The notes under the pieces were generated by a model that saw only the letters and a list, made by a program, of their open reading frames with translations, had not been told where the DNA came from and made no database searches. From positions 1-64,000 of the forward strand of contig JARGFH010000001.1 of NCBI GenBank assembly GCA_029210695.1: 64,000 nucleotides of DNA, in the 5' to 3' direction. The DNA comes from Acidimicrobiia bacterium (GTDB lineage Bacteria > Actinomycetota > Acidimicrobiia > Spongiisociales > JAHEDJ01). Each line of letters starts with the position of its first letter. The first letter of the stretch is position 1. Positions 19,875-29,288 of the stretch are shown in pieces. The position numbers and the translations under genes are program-made.

Positions 19875-20828
19875 TCAATCCTCGGTGAAATCGTCGAGTG
19901 GAAGGTTCCCGGCGGTGGCGCCGACCGAGCCTCCCTCCCACCTGATCTCGACGGCTGCACCGATTTCGACTTCGCGCCTCACCAGGGCCAGGGCGACGGG
20001 GGCGCGCAGCGTCAGCGACTCGGCGACCGACCCGACCAGGCCGACCTCCCGGTCGCCGGAGAACACCGCTGCTCCCCGGGGTGGGAGCAGGTTCTCTTCT
20101 ACCACCAGGCCGCGCAGGCGGCGGTTGACATGACCGCGGCTGTCGATCCGGGCGACGAGCTCCTGGCCGAGATAGCACCCCTTCGTGAAGGAGACAGCCT
20201 CGGGAACCAGCCCGGATTCCTGCGGGATGGTCGACTCGTCGACGTCTGCGCCCATGACCGGTTCGCCTGCTTCGATCCGTACCGCCGTGGCAGCCTGCTG
20301 CCCACACCGGACGGCTCCGGCGGTGAGGAGTCGGGCCGGATCAACGCCGGTCAGCAGGTAACGGTCGAGTCCGGCAAGTCCGGCTCGCGCCACCCATCCA
20401 CCGGTGAAAGGCCGCCAACCGCCGGGAGCGGAGATGCCTGCCCTCTCGAGGACTCCTGCCGACGCAGGGCCCCACAGCTCGAGGACGGGGCTCCTCTCGC
20501 GTTCGATCTCCACGTCGACCCGGATGCGATACCGCCCGAGATCAGAGGCCACCGTCTCACCTGAACCGGCATCGGCGATGAGGACAACCTCGCCCTCGCC
20601 GATCAGAGCCCAGAGCAGGGCCCGTAGCTTGCCCTGCGGCGTGAGGAGCAGTGAACGCACCACCGTCCCGGCCGGTCCGCTGAGATCCTGGCTGAGCAAT
20701 CCCTGCAGGAAGGAGATCGCATCCGGCCCCACCACTCGCACCGCCTCATGGCTGCCGGACACCAGACCGGCCCCCCGCCGGATGGCGAGGTATTCGGCGG
20801 TGACATCTCCGAACGAGGCATCAGACAT
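19875..20828 (-). CDS. ygfZ: Folate-binding protein YgfZ/GcvT family
   Basis: FTKGCYLGQELVAR signature. Confidence 0.9.
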   Translation of the reverse strand: MSDASFGDVTAEYLAIRRGAGLVSGSHEAVRVVGPDAISFLQGLLSQDLSGPAGTVVRSLLLTPQGKLRALLWALIGEGEVVLIADAGSGETVASDLGRYRIRVDVEIERERSPVLELWGPASAGVLERAGISAPGGWRPFTGGWVARAGLAGLDRYLLTGVDPARLLTAGAVRCGQQAATAVRIEAGEPVMGADVDESTIPQESGLVPEAVSFTKGCYLGQELVARIDSRGHVNRRLRGLVVEENLLPPRGAAVFSGDREVGLVGSVAESLTLRAPVALALVRREVEIGAAVEIRWEGGSVGATAGNLPLDDFTED

Positions 20829-22281
20829 GGTCGGCTCCCGCGATTGCCGCCAGGGCGGCGGCGGCTTTGTTCATGGTCTCGTCATATTCTGCAGACGGTT
20901 CGCTGTCGGCCACGAGCCCGGCGCCGGCCTGGACCCACGCCTTGCCGGCGGCCGCCACCACCGTGCGCAAGCAGATGGCGGTATCGATGTTGCCCGAGAA
21001 GTCGATGTACCCGACCGCGCCGGCGTAGGGGCCGCGCGCCACGGGTTCCAGTTCGTCGATGATCTCCATCGCCCGCACTTTGGGAGCACCCGACACCGTG
21101 CCGTGCGGGAACGTGGCGCGCACCACCTCAACCGGCCCGATGCCGGACCGTAGTTTCCCGGAAACCCCGGAAACGATGTGCATGACGTGTGAATAGCGTT
21201 CAATCACCATCAGATCGTCCACAGCCACTGTGCCGTACTCACACACGCGGCCGATGTCGTTGCGAGCGAGATCTACGAGCATCACATGCTCTGCCCGCTC
21301 CTTGGGGTCGGCGAGGAGTTCCTCAGCGAGTCGCTCGTCCTCCCCGAGAGTTGCTCCTCGCGGCCGGGTGCCGGCAATCGGTCGGGAGTAAACGACTCCC
21401 CCTCGCACCCTCGTCATCAGCTCCGGAGAGGATCCGATAACCGTCACTTCAGGATGCCGGTGATAGAAGAGGTAGGGCGAAGGGTTGATCATCCGCAGGG
21501 CTCGATAGACGGCGAAGGTGTCGCCGTCGAAGGGAACTTCGAGACGCTGGCTGATGACGATCTGAAAAGCGTCGCCCTTGACGATGTATTCCTTAGCGCG
21601 GCGGACGGCAGCCTCGAACGGCTCCCGGTCGAGCGTTGAGCGGGCGACCGGAGGGGCCGACTCCCAGTCGGCCCTTCTGACGGTGTAGCCGGACGGTTCG
21701 CCGAGCCGGGCGGCAGCTTCCTGGAGATCGGCGATCGCCCGTTCGTACTGAGCTTCAGGGTCATCGCCGACGAACACATTGCGCACCAGAGTGATTCGCT
21801 GCGCCATCCGATCGAAAGCGGCCAGCGAACCGACGAACTGCCAGACCATCTCAGGAAGGCCCCGGTCGTCCGGAGGGCTGTCGGGGAGATGCTCCACATA
21901 TCGAACGGCGTCGTAGCCGAGCCAGCCGACCGCTCCCGTGTGAAGCGGAGGAAGCCCGTCGTACTGAGCCGCCGACAACCCGGAGATGAGGCTCTCGAGG
22001 ACTTCGAGAGGGTTACCGGGAGGAAGCTCGATTTCCGGACGGTCGATTTTCGACACACCCCCGCGCGCCGACAGCGTGTATTCGGGATTCCAACCGACGA
22101 ACGACCAACGGGCCCATCGCTCGCCACCTTCGACGGACTCCAGCAGGAATCCCGGCTCGTCTCCCACCAGTTTCTCGTAGGCAGTAACGGCGGTCTCCCG
22201 GTCGGCGAGAACCTGCATCGACACCGGAACAACCGCATACTGCCCGGCGAGTTCCAGGAAGGTGGAGCGATCAGGGGTCAT
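20821..22281 (-). CDS. trpE: Anthranilate synthase component I
   Basis: LLES and NPSPY Trp-feedback motifs, PIAGT (TrpE-type rather than PabB PIKGT), GAPKVRAM. Confidence 0.92.
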   Translation of the reverse strand: MTPDRSTFLELAGQYAVVPVSMQVLADRETAVTAYEKLVGDEPGFLLESVEGGERWARWSFVGWNPEYTLSARGGVSKIDRPEIELPPGNPLEVLESLISGLSAAQYDGLPPLHTGAVGWLGYDAVRYVEHLPDSPPDDRGLPEMVWQFVGSLAAFDRMAQRITLVRNVFVGDDPEAQYERAIADLQEAAARLGEPSGYTVRRADWESAPPVARSTLDREPFEAAVRRAKEYIVKGDAFQIVISQRLEVPFDGDTFAVYRALRMINPSPYLFYHRHPEVTVIGSSPELMTRVRGGVVYSRPIAGTRPRGATLGEDERLAEELLADPKERAEHVMLVDLARNDIGRVCEYGTVAVDDLMVIERYSHVMHIVSGVSGKLRSGIGPVEVVRATFPHGTVSGAPKVRAMEIIDELEPVARGPYAGAVGYIDFSGNIDTAICLRTVVAAAGKAWVQAGAGLVADSEPSAEYDETMNKAAAALAAIAGADHV

Positions 22282-22291
22282 GCGCGGAGCG

Positions 22292-22341
22292 TAGTCGCGA
22301 GTCGCGGGTTGCTAGTCGCGGGTACTCGCGACTCGCGACTA
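22292..22341. repeat. Heptamer (AGTCGCG/CGCGACT) tandem-plus-inverted repeat
   Basis: TAGTCGCGAGTCGCGGGT ... ACTCGCGACTCGCGACTA, 18-bp near-perfect inverted repeat between ccdA and trpE. Confidence 0.8.
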
Positions 22342-23148
22342 GGTGGACTCGTTGATGAAGTTGCCGATGGGGGTGTCGCCGAACACGTCGAGCATCCACG
22401 AGGCAATGCGCGTCAGGTTGCCGGTGATCATCACCACACCGAACCCGACCAGGAGCAACCCCGATGCGACATTGATCGGTCGCAGGTATTTCCGCATGAA
22501 GGTCATAGCCTTGAACGTGGCGCTCATCCCCACTCCGGCAATGACGAAGGGGACGCCGAGGCCCATCGCATAGACGAACAACAGCACCATGCCTTGCGCC
22601 ACCGTTTCCTGGGCTGAAGCGACCAGGAGGATTCCGCCGAGGATCGGCCCGATACACGGTGTCCAGGCAAACCCGAAAGCGACCCCCATGATCGGCGGGC
22701 CGAGCAAGCCCATCTTTCCGGTGTTCACGTGCATTCGGCGCTCGCGCATCATCCACGACGTCAGCCTCCCGCCCTTCTGCAGCGCGGTCAGCATGATCAA
22801 AATGCCGAACGCCAGGACCATCCATCCGGCTACCTTCGACAGGCCGACACTGTTGCGCTGGAGCCATCCGCCGATGCTGGTAGCACCCGCTCCGAGCGCT
22901 ACGAACACAACGGTGAATCCGAGGACGAACAGGCTGGTGACGCCCAGCATTCTCTTCCAGGATGCTGAGTTGTCCTGGAGGTCGGCAACCGAGTACCCCG
23001 ACATCAGGCTCAAGTAGCCCGGCAGCAACGGCAGGACACACGGTGAAACGAATGAGAAGAGTCCGGCGACGAACGCGCCGACAAGCGTGATTTCCATATG
23101 CGACAACCAACCGGTTTGTGTGCTGAGATCTTCCCAGATCCTCGACAT
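22339..23148 (-). CDS. ccdA: Cytochrome c biogenesis protein CcdA (DsbD transmembrane domain)
   Basis: SFVSPCVLPLLPGY and WTPCIGP motifs, six TMs; start may be 23098. Confidence 0.93.
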   Translation of the reverse strand: MSRIWEDLSTQTGWLSHMEITLVGAFVAGLFSFVSPCVLPLLPGYLSLMSGYSVADLQDNSASWKRMLGVTSLFVLGFTVVFVALGAGATSIGGWLQRNSVGLSKVAGWMVLAFGILIMLTALQKGGRLTSWMMRERRMHVNTGKMGLLGPPIMGVAFGFAWTPCIGPILGGILLVASAQETVAQGMVLLFVYAMGLGVPFVIAGVGMSATFKAMTFMRKYLRPINVASGLLLVGFGVVMITGNLTRIASWMLDVFGDTPIGNFINEST

Positions 23149-23245
23149 GTTTCGAAGCCGTTAAGGTTCGGCCACCGATCGGCGCCCGGCCGTAACGGGC
23201 CAGGAAGGCCGGTCGCGCTCATCCGGATCTGGCTCCGGCATCGAG

Positions 23246-23335
23246 CAATTGGCAGTTGCTGATTGGCCGAGCACCGCCCCTGCCACCATCGCAACGCGCC
23301 AGAACCCACAACCTATGACCTATAACCGATAACCT
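23246..23335. repeat. Two degenerate heptamer tracts
   Basis: CAATTGG CAGTTGC TGATTGG (23246-23266) and AGAACCC ACAACCT ATGACCT ATAACCG ATAACCT (23301-23335). Confidence 0.6.
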
Positions 23336-23382
23336 CGGCAGACGAGAACCGCGCTCCCCCGTCGGTTGATCCCGAATGCCGG

Positions 23383-24066
23383 CTACTCACTCATCCGCTT
23401 GTCCGGATATGGACAAATATCGACGAGGCCGCACTCGAAACACCGGGGTTTGCGAGCATCGCAGATGTCACGGCCGTACTGGATCATCTGCATGGACAAG
23501 TTCAGCCACCTGCTCTTGGGAAACAACGCTTTGAGGTCGGCCTCGATCTTGGCCGGATCGGAAGCCGTGGTCAGCCCGAGCCGGTTCGAGAGGCGCTTCA
23601 CATGGGTATCGACGGCGATGGCAGGCACCCCGAATGCCTCTGCCAGGACCACGCTGGCCGTTTTGCGGCCGACTCCTCGCAGCGTGGTGAGCTCATCGAT
23701 ATCGATCGGCACCTCGCCCTCATACTTTTCAACGAGATCGGAGGCGAGCGCAATGATCGACTTCGTCTTCTGCCGGTAGAAGCCGGTCGAGAATACGATC
23801 GCTTCAACGGCTTCCGGATCGGCGCCGGCCAGATCGTCGGCCGTCGGATAGCGGTTAAACAACACGGGAAGGACCTTGTTCACGTTCTCGTCCGTCGTCT
23901 GGGCCGACAGCACCGTCGCCACCAGGAGCTGCCACGGGCTGCCGTAGTCGAGTGCTGTGCCGATCACCGGATAACGGCGGGAGAGCCGGTCACCGATCTT
24001 GCGAGCGTGGGCCCTCTCGACCTGGGTGGGAGTAGTGCCGTCTGCTCGTTCGTGACCGCGTGCCAT
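23383..24066 (-). CDS. nth: Endonuclease III
   Basis: VLSAQTTD, HhH LRGVGRKTA, VDTHV, Fe-S motif C-x6-C-x2-C-x5-C. Confidence 0.95.
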   Translation of the reverse strand: MARGHERADGTTPTQVERAHARKIGDRLSRRYPVIGTALDYGSPWQLLVATVLSAQTTDENVNKVLPVLFNRYPTADDLAGADPEAVEAIVFSTGFYRQKTKSIIALASDLVEKYEGEVPIDIDELTTLRGVGRKTASVVLAEAFGVPAIAVDTHVKRLSNRLGLTTASDPAKIEADLKALFPKSRWLNLSMQMIQYGRDICDARKPRCFECGLVDICPYPDKRMSE

Positions 24067-24158
24067 GCGGCGGGAGGCTAGCGCTCGGGTAATGGGCAAT
24101 TGGCGAAACCGCTTTGCGCGCAGCTACCCGTCACCCGACACTTGTTACTCTTCCGCCC

Positions 24159-24722
24159 GTGAACCTGCGCGAAGCCATCGCTCGGTACGGAGAGGTCAAG
24201 GGCGACCTCCTCATGGTGGATCGTTTCCTCAACCACCGCGTCGACCCCGAGGTGATGGCGGCGGTCGGCCTCGACATCGCCGCCTGGCTGACCGACAAGA
24301 ACCCGGACCTGATTCTCACCGCAGAGGCCAGCGGCATTCCCCCCGCACTGGCAGCCAGCCGGGAGATGGGCATCCCGATGGTGTACGCCAAGAAGTATCT
24401 CGGCCCCGGCGAGCGCTACACGTTCTCACGGGAGGTCTCCTCTCCGACCAAAGGCGCCGAATACCGGGTCGAGGTCGCCCGCCGCGTCCTCGAGCCGGGC
24501 CTCCGGGTGGCCATCGTCGATGACTTCCTGGCCGGCGGCAGAACCGCTACCTCGCTGGGTGAGATCGCCGAGGAAGCAGGTTGCGAAGTTGTTGGGGCCA
24601 TTTTCGCCATCGAAAAGACGTTTGCGGGAGGGCGCGAACTCCTCGAGTCCCACGGGTGGGATGTACACGCACTGGTTGGCATCACCTCGCTCGACGGTGG
24701 CGGTGTCGAGATTGCCGGCTGA
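24159..24722 (+). CDS. xpt: Xanthine phosphoribosyltransferase
   Basis: VDRFLNHRVDP, EASGIP, PRPP motif IVDDFLAGG; GTG start 7 nt after TACTCT. Confidence 0.88.
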   Translation: MNLREAIARYGEVKGDLLMVDRFLNHRVDPEVMAAVGLDIAAWLTDKNPDLILTAEASGIPPALAASREMGIPMVYAKKYLGPGERYTFSREVSSPTKGAEYRVEVARRVLEPGLRVAIVDDFLAGGRTATSLGEIAEEAGCEVVGAIFAIEKTFAGGRELLESHGWDVHALVGITSLDGGGVEIAG

Positions 24723-25173
24723 CCTCACAGATCTCGCCGATCGCATCAGGAAGCATTTCGACGATGGTTGCTACGCCTGCGGCCGCGCCAATCCGCTCGG
24801 ACTCGGCGTGGACGGCTTCCGACTCGATGGCGAATATCTCGTAGCCGAATTCACCCCACGTATCGAGCATGGCGGCGGCCCCGGCGTCCTCCACGGAGGC
24901 ATCGCCGCCGCCGCCCTCGATGAAATCCTCGCCTGGACCGGTATGGTCGGCGAGCAGGTGTTCATCGTCACGGCCACCCTGGAAGTCCGGTATCGAAAAC
25001 CGGTCGCAATCGACGGTTCCGCTTTGCGTCTGCGCGGACGCCTCGACGATCGGCGCGGCCGGAAACTCAGGTTGTCGGGATCCCTGGAAGCCAACGGAAG
25101 CGAGGCGGCTACCGCCTACGGCCTCTATGTCGTTGTGCACGAACTCGACGGCATGTTCGACGGGGATACCTAA
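24703..25173 (+). CDS. PaaI/hotdog-fold thioesterase
   Basis: CYACGRANPLGL, VLHGGIAAAALDE, LEVRYRKPV; start GTG 24703 or TTG 24712. Confidence 0.88.
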   Translation: MSRLPADLTDLADRIRKHFDDGCYACGRANPLGLGVDGFRLDGEYLVAEFTPRIEHGGGPGVLHGGIAAAALDEILAWTGMVGEQVFIVTATLEVRYRKPVAIDGSALRLRGRLDDRRGRKLRLSGSLEANGSEAATAYGLYVVVHELDGMFDGDT

Positions 25174-25184
25174 CCTCTCTATCC

Positions 25185-26066
25185 ATGCGCCGTCCCCCTA
25201 TCGCCTATCTCGCGCTCGCCGTCGCCGCCCTCTTGTTCGGGGCGACCTTCGTCGTGATCAAAGAGGCCATCGCCTCACTCCCTCCCCTCGCCTTCGTCGG
25301 GTGGCGTTTCCTGATCAGCGCCCTCGCATTGCTGTTGCTGGCCTGGCCGCGCGGAAGCCGGATCTGGAAGGACGGGCTCCTGGCCGGCGTCCTGCTGTTT
25401 GCCGGGTTCGCACTTCAAACCTGGGGGCTCTCCCTTACGTCCGCCTCGAACTCGGGACTCATCACCGGCCTGTATGTCGTGCTCACCCCTCTCCTGGCGG
25501 CTGCCGTCACCCGGCGGAGACCGGGCGTCTGGACCACGATCGGTGCCGGTGTGGCGATTGCCGGATTGGCATTGCTGACAATCGACGAGTCCTTCCGCCT
25601 CCAGAGCGGGGACCTGATGACGGTCGGATGTGCCGTGGCCTTTGCCGGGCACATCGTGGTGATGTCGCGAGTCGCCTATCGCCACCCGGTTGTGCCGTTT
25701 GCGGCGGTGCAGTTGCTCTTCACCGCCGTTGCGGCACTGGCGGTATCGGCCGTCTTCGAGGGACTCCCCTTCCCGACCTCGTCGGATCTTCCGGCTCTCC
25801 TGCTCACCGGCCTGGCCGTGAGCGGCGGCGCCTTCATCCTGCAGGTGTGGGCTCAGACTGTGGTGGGGCCGGCTCGTACCGCCATGTTGCTGGCGCTCGA
25901 ACCCGTTTTTGCGGTCGTGTTTGCGGCCTGGTTGCTGAGCGAGCGGCTCACGGCCCGCGGATGGATCGGCTCGATCCTCATCCTCGGTGCGATCTACGTG
26001 GTGCTGACCACCACAAAGGACACCGACGAGATCCCGGCGGCCGAGGCCGTCAGCCCCGCCCACTGA
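25185..26066 (+). CDS. DMT/EamA-family transporter
   Basis: Ten TMs in two EamA repeats; LEPVFAVVFAAWLLSE. Confidence 0.92.
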   Translation: MRRPPIAYLALAVAALLFGATFVVIKEAIASLPPLAFVGWRFLISALALLLLAWPRGSRIWKDGLLAGVLLFAGFALQTWGLSLTSASNSGLITGLYVVLTPLLAAAVTRRRPGVWTTIGAGVAIAGLALLTIDESFRLQSGDLMTVGCAVAFAGHIVVMSRVAYRHPVVPFAAVQLLFTAVAALAVSAVFEGLPFPTSSDLPALLLTGLAVSGGAFILQVWAQTVVGPARTAMLLALEPVFAVVFAAWLLSERLTARGWIGSILILGAIYVVLTTTKDTDEIPAAEAVSPAH

Positions 26067-26069
26067 TGA

Positions 26070-26372
26070 TCAGCGCGGCGCCGCCAGCCTCCTGGTCGCC
26101 TCGGCGATCTCCTTGCGACGCTCTGCGCGACGAACAATCCTCATCATCACTCGCAACGTTGCGGTGAGCCCGAACAGCAATAACGCCAGCCCGATCGCCA
26201 GCTCAGGTCCGGACGCATAGCCGGTCGCACATCCGGACAAACCATCGCCACACAGACCGTATCCGGTACCGCCCGAGGCAAGGTCGAGCAGTACCAGGAG
26301 CGGCACAGCCGCAACGGCTACCACGGCCAGCAACAACGCGGCGATGACGAATCTCAACCAGAACACGCTCAT
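26070..26372 (-). CDS. Small two-TM hypothetical protein
   Basis: Two hydrophobic helices around a G/C loop (GYGLCGDGLSGC), basic C-terminus; fills the gap between DMT and thyX. Confidence 0.65.
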   Translation of the reverse strand: MSVFWLRFVIAALLLAVVAVAAVPLLVLLDLASGGTGYGLCGDGLSGCATGYASGPELAIGLALLLFGLTATLRVMMRIVRRAERRKEIAEATRRLAAPR

Positions 26373-26424
26373 AGCAACGGCAGGCTACCCCGTCTTGGTT
26401 CCCTCTCCGGTACTATCGCGCTCC

Positions 26425-28044
26425 GTGAGCGCCTACTACGAAGAGCCATTCACCCCGGCGGAGGCCGCCATACTGGGTCGATTCTTCACCAACACCGACC
26501 GACCGGTCTTCGGCCTCATCAATCTTCCCGAGGTCGTCAAGGGCGCGTTGTTCGCCAGATACTCACGAACCCACAAGTCCGTCCGCAGGTTGTTCCTCGA
26601 CGAATTCGTCGCCAATGCCGACCTCGGCATCGAGGCCATTGCTGCCACGCTCCAGAACGAAGACTCCATCATCAAGTTCCGGCGGGCGGAGGAGCTCTAC
26701 GATCGAGTGTTCTTCGAATACGGCGACGACTCTGTAGCCCAGCTGGGCGGCGTGCACCTCGCCTGCGAACAAGCCTCCAACGTGCTCACGAAAGTGCTCG
26801 AGTGGGGCAGAATCGCCGCCTATCTCGAACAAAGCACCCGCTATATCGCCTACGACCGTCCGCTTGGAGAGCGCTACCGATATTTCATCCCCGACGAGAT
26901 CAAGGATGCCGGACTGGGAGACTCCTTCACGGAATACATGGAGCAGATCTTCACCTTCTATTCGAAGGCGGTTGAACGGCTCGTAGATCACTTCGCCGCC
27001 ATCTACCCGCAGCAGACCGCCGATAGCGACTTCGTCTGGCGCTCAACGATCCGTGCCAAGGCATACGACACGGTCCGCGGGATCCTGCCGGCTGCCACGC
27101 AGTCCAACGTTGGCATCTACGGCACGGGCCAGGCCTACGAAATGGCCCTCGTGAGAATGCAGGCCCATCCACTCACCGAGGTGCGCACATACGGGGCAAT
27201 GATGCTCGACGAGCTCCGCAAACAAATACCGGCCTTCATGAAACGGGTAGATCTTCCCGAGCGGGGTATTGCCTGGAGCAACTACCTCGCCGCCTCGGCC
27301 GGCGCAATGGCAGACATCGCCGGCTCACTCGACGAGCAGCCGGAGGAAACCGATGAAGTCACCCTCGTCGATTGGGATCAAGACGCAGAGCTCAAGATCG
27401 CCGCCGCCGCCCTCTACGCCTCCACCGGACTGCCGGATGCGCAGCTCCTGAGACACGTCGAGCGGCTCCCGATTGAGGAACGGGCGCGCATTCTCCGAGC
27501 CTATGTCGGCGATCGCAGCAACCGGCGGCACAAACCGGGTCGGGCCATGGAACGCGTCTCCTACCGATTCGACATCCTGTCCGACTACGGCGCCTTCCGA
27601 GATCTTCAGCGGCACCGGATGCTCACCATTGAGTGGCAGCGGTTGACCACCCGATTCGGCTACGACACGCCGGTGGAGGTCGCCGAGGCAGGACTACTCG
27701 ATGAGTGGGACGCGCTCATGCAGCGCGCTTCCGTTCTCTCCGAGCAGGTGCGCGCCGCCTCAAACGCGGACGTTGCTCAGTACGTAGTCCCGTTCGCCTT
27801 CCGCATCCGCTACATGATCGAGATGAACGCCAGGGAGGCGTTCCACCTCCTCGAGCTGCGCACGCAACCGGCGGGACATCCCAGCTACCGGCGCGTCTGT
27901 CAGGAGATGCATCGCCAGATCAGGGACGTTGCCGGACATGAGATCATCGCCGACGCCATGCAGTTCGTCGACTACTCGGACCCCGGCCTCGAACGCCTCA
28001 ACGAAGAACGCCGGCTAGAGGCAAAACGAGCAACCAGGGAGTAG
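26425..28044 (+). CDS. thyX: FAD-dependent thymidylate synthase, tandem-domain type
   Basis: ALFARYSR, YGDDSVAQL, EQSTRY in domain 1; RDLQRHR, NARE, LRTQ in domain 2; GTG start 8 nt after TACTAT. Confidence 0.88.
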   Translation: MSAYYEEPFTPAEAAILGRFFTNTDRPVFGLINLPEVVKGALFARYSRTHKSVRRLFLDEFVANADLGIEAIAATLQNEDSIIKFRRAEELYDRVFFEYGDDSVAQLGGVHLACEQASNVLTKVLEWGRIAAYLEQSTRYIAYDRPLGERYRYFIPDEIKDAGLGDSFTEYMEQIFTFYSKAVERLVDHFAAIYPQQTADSDFVWRSTIRAKAYDTVRGILPAATQSNVGIYGTGQAYEMALVRMQAHPLTEVRTYGAMMLDELRKQIPAFMKRVDLPERGIAWSNYLAASAGAMADIAGSLDEQPEETDEVTLVDWDQDAELKIAAAALYASTGLPDAQLLRHVERLPIEERARILRAYVGDRSNRRHKPGRAMERVSYRFDILSDYGAFRDLQRHRMLTIEWQRLTTRFGYDTPVEVAEAGLLDEWDALMQRASVLSEQVRAASNADVAQYVVPFAFRIRYMIEMNAREAFHLLELRTQPAGHPSYRRVCQEMHRQIRDVAGHEIIADAMQFVDYSDPGLERLNEERRLEAKRATRE

Positions 28045-28076
28045 CGCTCTCTGCCGAAGTGCGGATACAACACAGG

Positions 28077-28115
28077 GCCAATTGCCAATTGCCAATTGCC
28101 AATTGCCGATTGCCA
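28077..28115. repeat. Heptamer tandem repeat (GCCAATT)x4 plus GCCGATT
   Basis: Read directly, between convergent genes. Confidence 0.9.
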
Positions 28116-28120
28116 GGTAC

Positions 28121-28336
28121 CTACTCGCCTCCCAGGGGGATCCGAAACACCAGCTTCCCCTCCTCAACCGCCCAAGAAGCCTTGGCAACCAGCGAGAAGT
28201 CCATGAAGTCGGCCTCGGCCTGATCGATGAGGCGCTGGCGCTCGGGACCGGCGACCGGTGGGAGGTTTCGGTCCTTCACGGCATCGGCCCGGGCCTTGAA
28301 GCGGGCGATGAACTGGTCGACGTCAAACTCTGCCAT
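28121..28336 (-). CDS. Small hypothetical protein (71 aa)
   Basis: MAEFDVDQFIARFKARADAVKDRNLPP...; GGAG SD; protein-like composition. Confidence 0.7.
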   Translation of the reverse strand: MAEFDVDQFIARFKARADAVKDRNLPPVAGPERQRLIDQAEADFMDFSLVAKASWAVEEGKLVFRIPLGGE

Positions 28337-28433
28337 GAGGTGAACTCCATCCACTTGCGTCCCCTCAGGCTATCGCGTCGACGGTTCGTTCGATCGGTCT
28401 GAGGGGTGGCCCGGCACCACTACCCTGACCCCG

Positions 28434-29288
28434 ATGGATTCGTTGCGGCTCGTCGTAGTCACCGGAAAGGGAGGGGTAGGCCGGTCGGCTGTGGCAGCAG
28501 CCATCGCACTGCGCGCGGTAAGGGCCGGACGCAGGACCCTGGCCATTTCCATGACCGAATCAGGCGGCCTGGGCGAGCACCTGGGCGTCGAGACCCTTGG
28601 ACCGAACGCCCACGAGATTCGCAGCGGCCTGTCGGCGCTGCAGGTCGAGCGCCCGGCCGCCCTCGATGAATACCTGCGCCTCCAGGTCGGCATCCCCAAA
28701 TTCGCCAGACTGGGTCCGCTGGCCAGCGCCTTCGATGCGCTCGCCTCAGCCGCCCCCGGCATCCGCGAGATTGTCACGATGGGCAAGGTGCTCTATGAGG
28801 TGCGTCGCGGGGACACCTGGGATCTCGTCGTGGCAGACGGCCCACCGATCGGCCAAATCGGTTCGCATCTGCGCGCCCCTCGCACGGTTTCGGATCTGGT
28901 GCCAACCGGCCGGATTCGCGACCAGGCGGCCTGGATGGCCGACATCCTCGCCGATCCGGCCCGATCTGCCCTGGTGCTGGTCACGCTTGCCGAAGAACTG
29001 CCGGCCCTGGAAACGGCCGAGGCGATGATCTGGCTTCAGAATTCGAAGCTGATCACCACGAAGTCGGTCATCACGAATCGTGTCCTGGAACCGATGGGAG
29101 TTCCTGTGTCGACCGGCCCCTCGCAGGGAGCCGTGCACGAAGCGGCGGTGCTCCACCACGGCCTGGTCGAGGAACAAACGAAGTGGCTCAAACAAACACC
29201 GGATGGACCCCGGTTGCCGTATTTGTTCGGAGTAACCGGGCCGGCCGAGGTGGCCGAGCGACTCGCCGATCTGTTGGGGTCGCTGTGA
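28434..29288 (+). CDS. ArsA/Get3-like ATPase, subunit 1
   Basis: TGKGGVGRS deviant Walker A, APGIREIVTMGKV, VTLAEELP. Confidence 0.88.
   Translation: MDSLRLVVVTGKGGVGRSAVAAAIALRAVRAGRRTLAISMTESGGLGEHLGVETLGPNAHEIRSGLSALQVERPAALDEYLRLQVGIPKFARLGPLASAFDALASAAPGIREIVTMGKVLYEVRRGDTWDLVVADGPPIGQIGSHLRAPRTVSDLVPTGRIRDQAAWMADILADPARSALVLVTLAEELPALETAEAMIWLQNSKLITTKSVITNRVLEPMGVPVSTGPSQGAVHEAAVLHHGLVEEQTKWLKQTPDGPRLPYLFGVTGPAEVAERLADLLGSL

Noticed and set aside
20821..22281. PabB assignment suggested by adjacent folate-binding ygfZ
   Set aside because: PIAGT and NPSPY motifs indicate TrpE
28077..28115. Repeat tracts as a CRISPR array
   Set aside because: 7-bp units without spacers; no cas genes in the window
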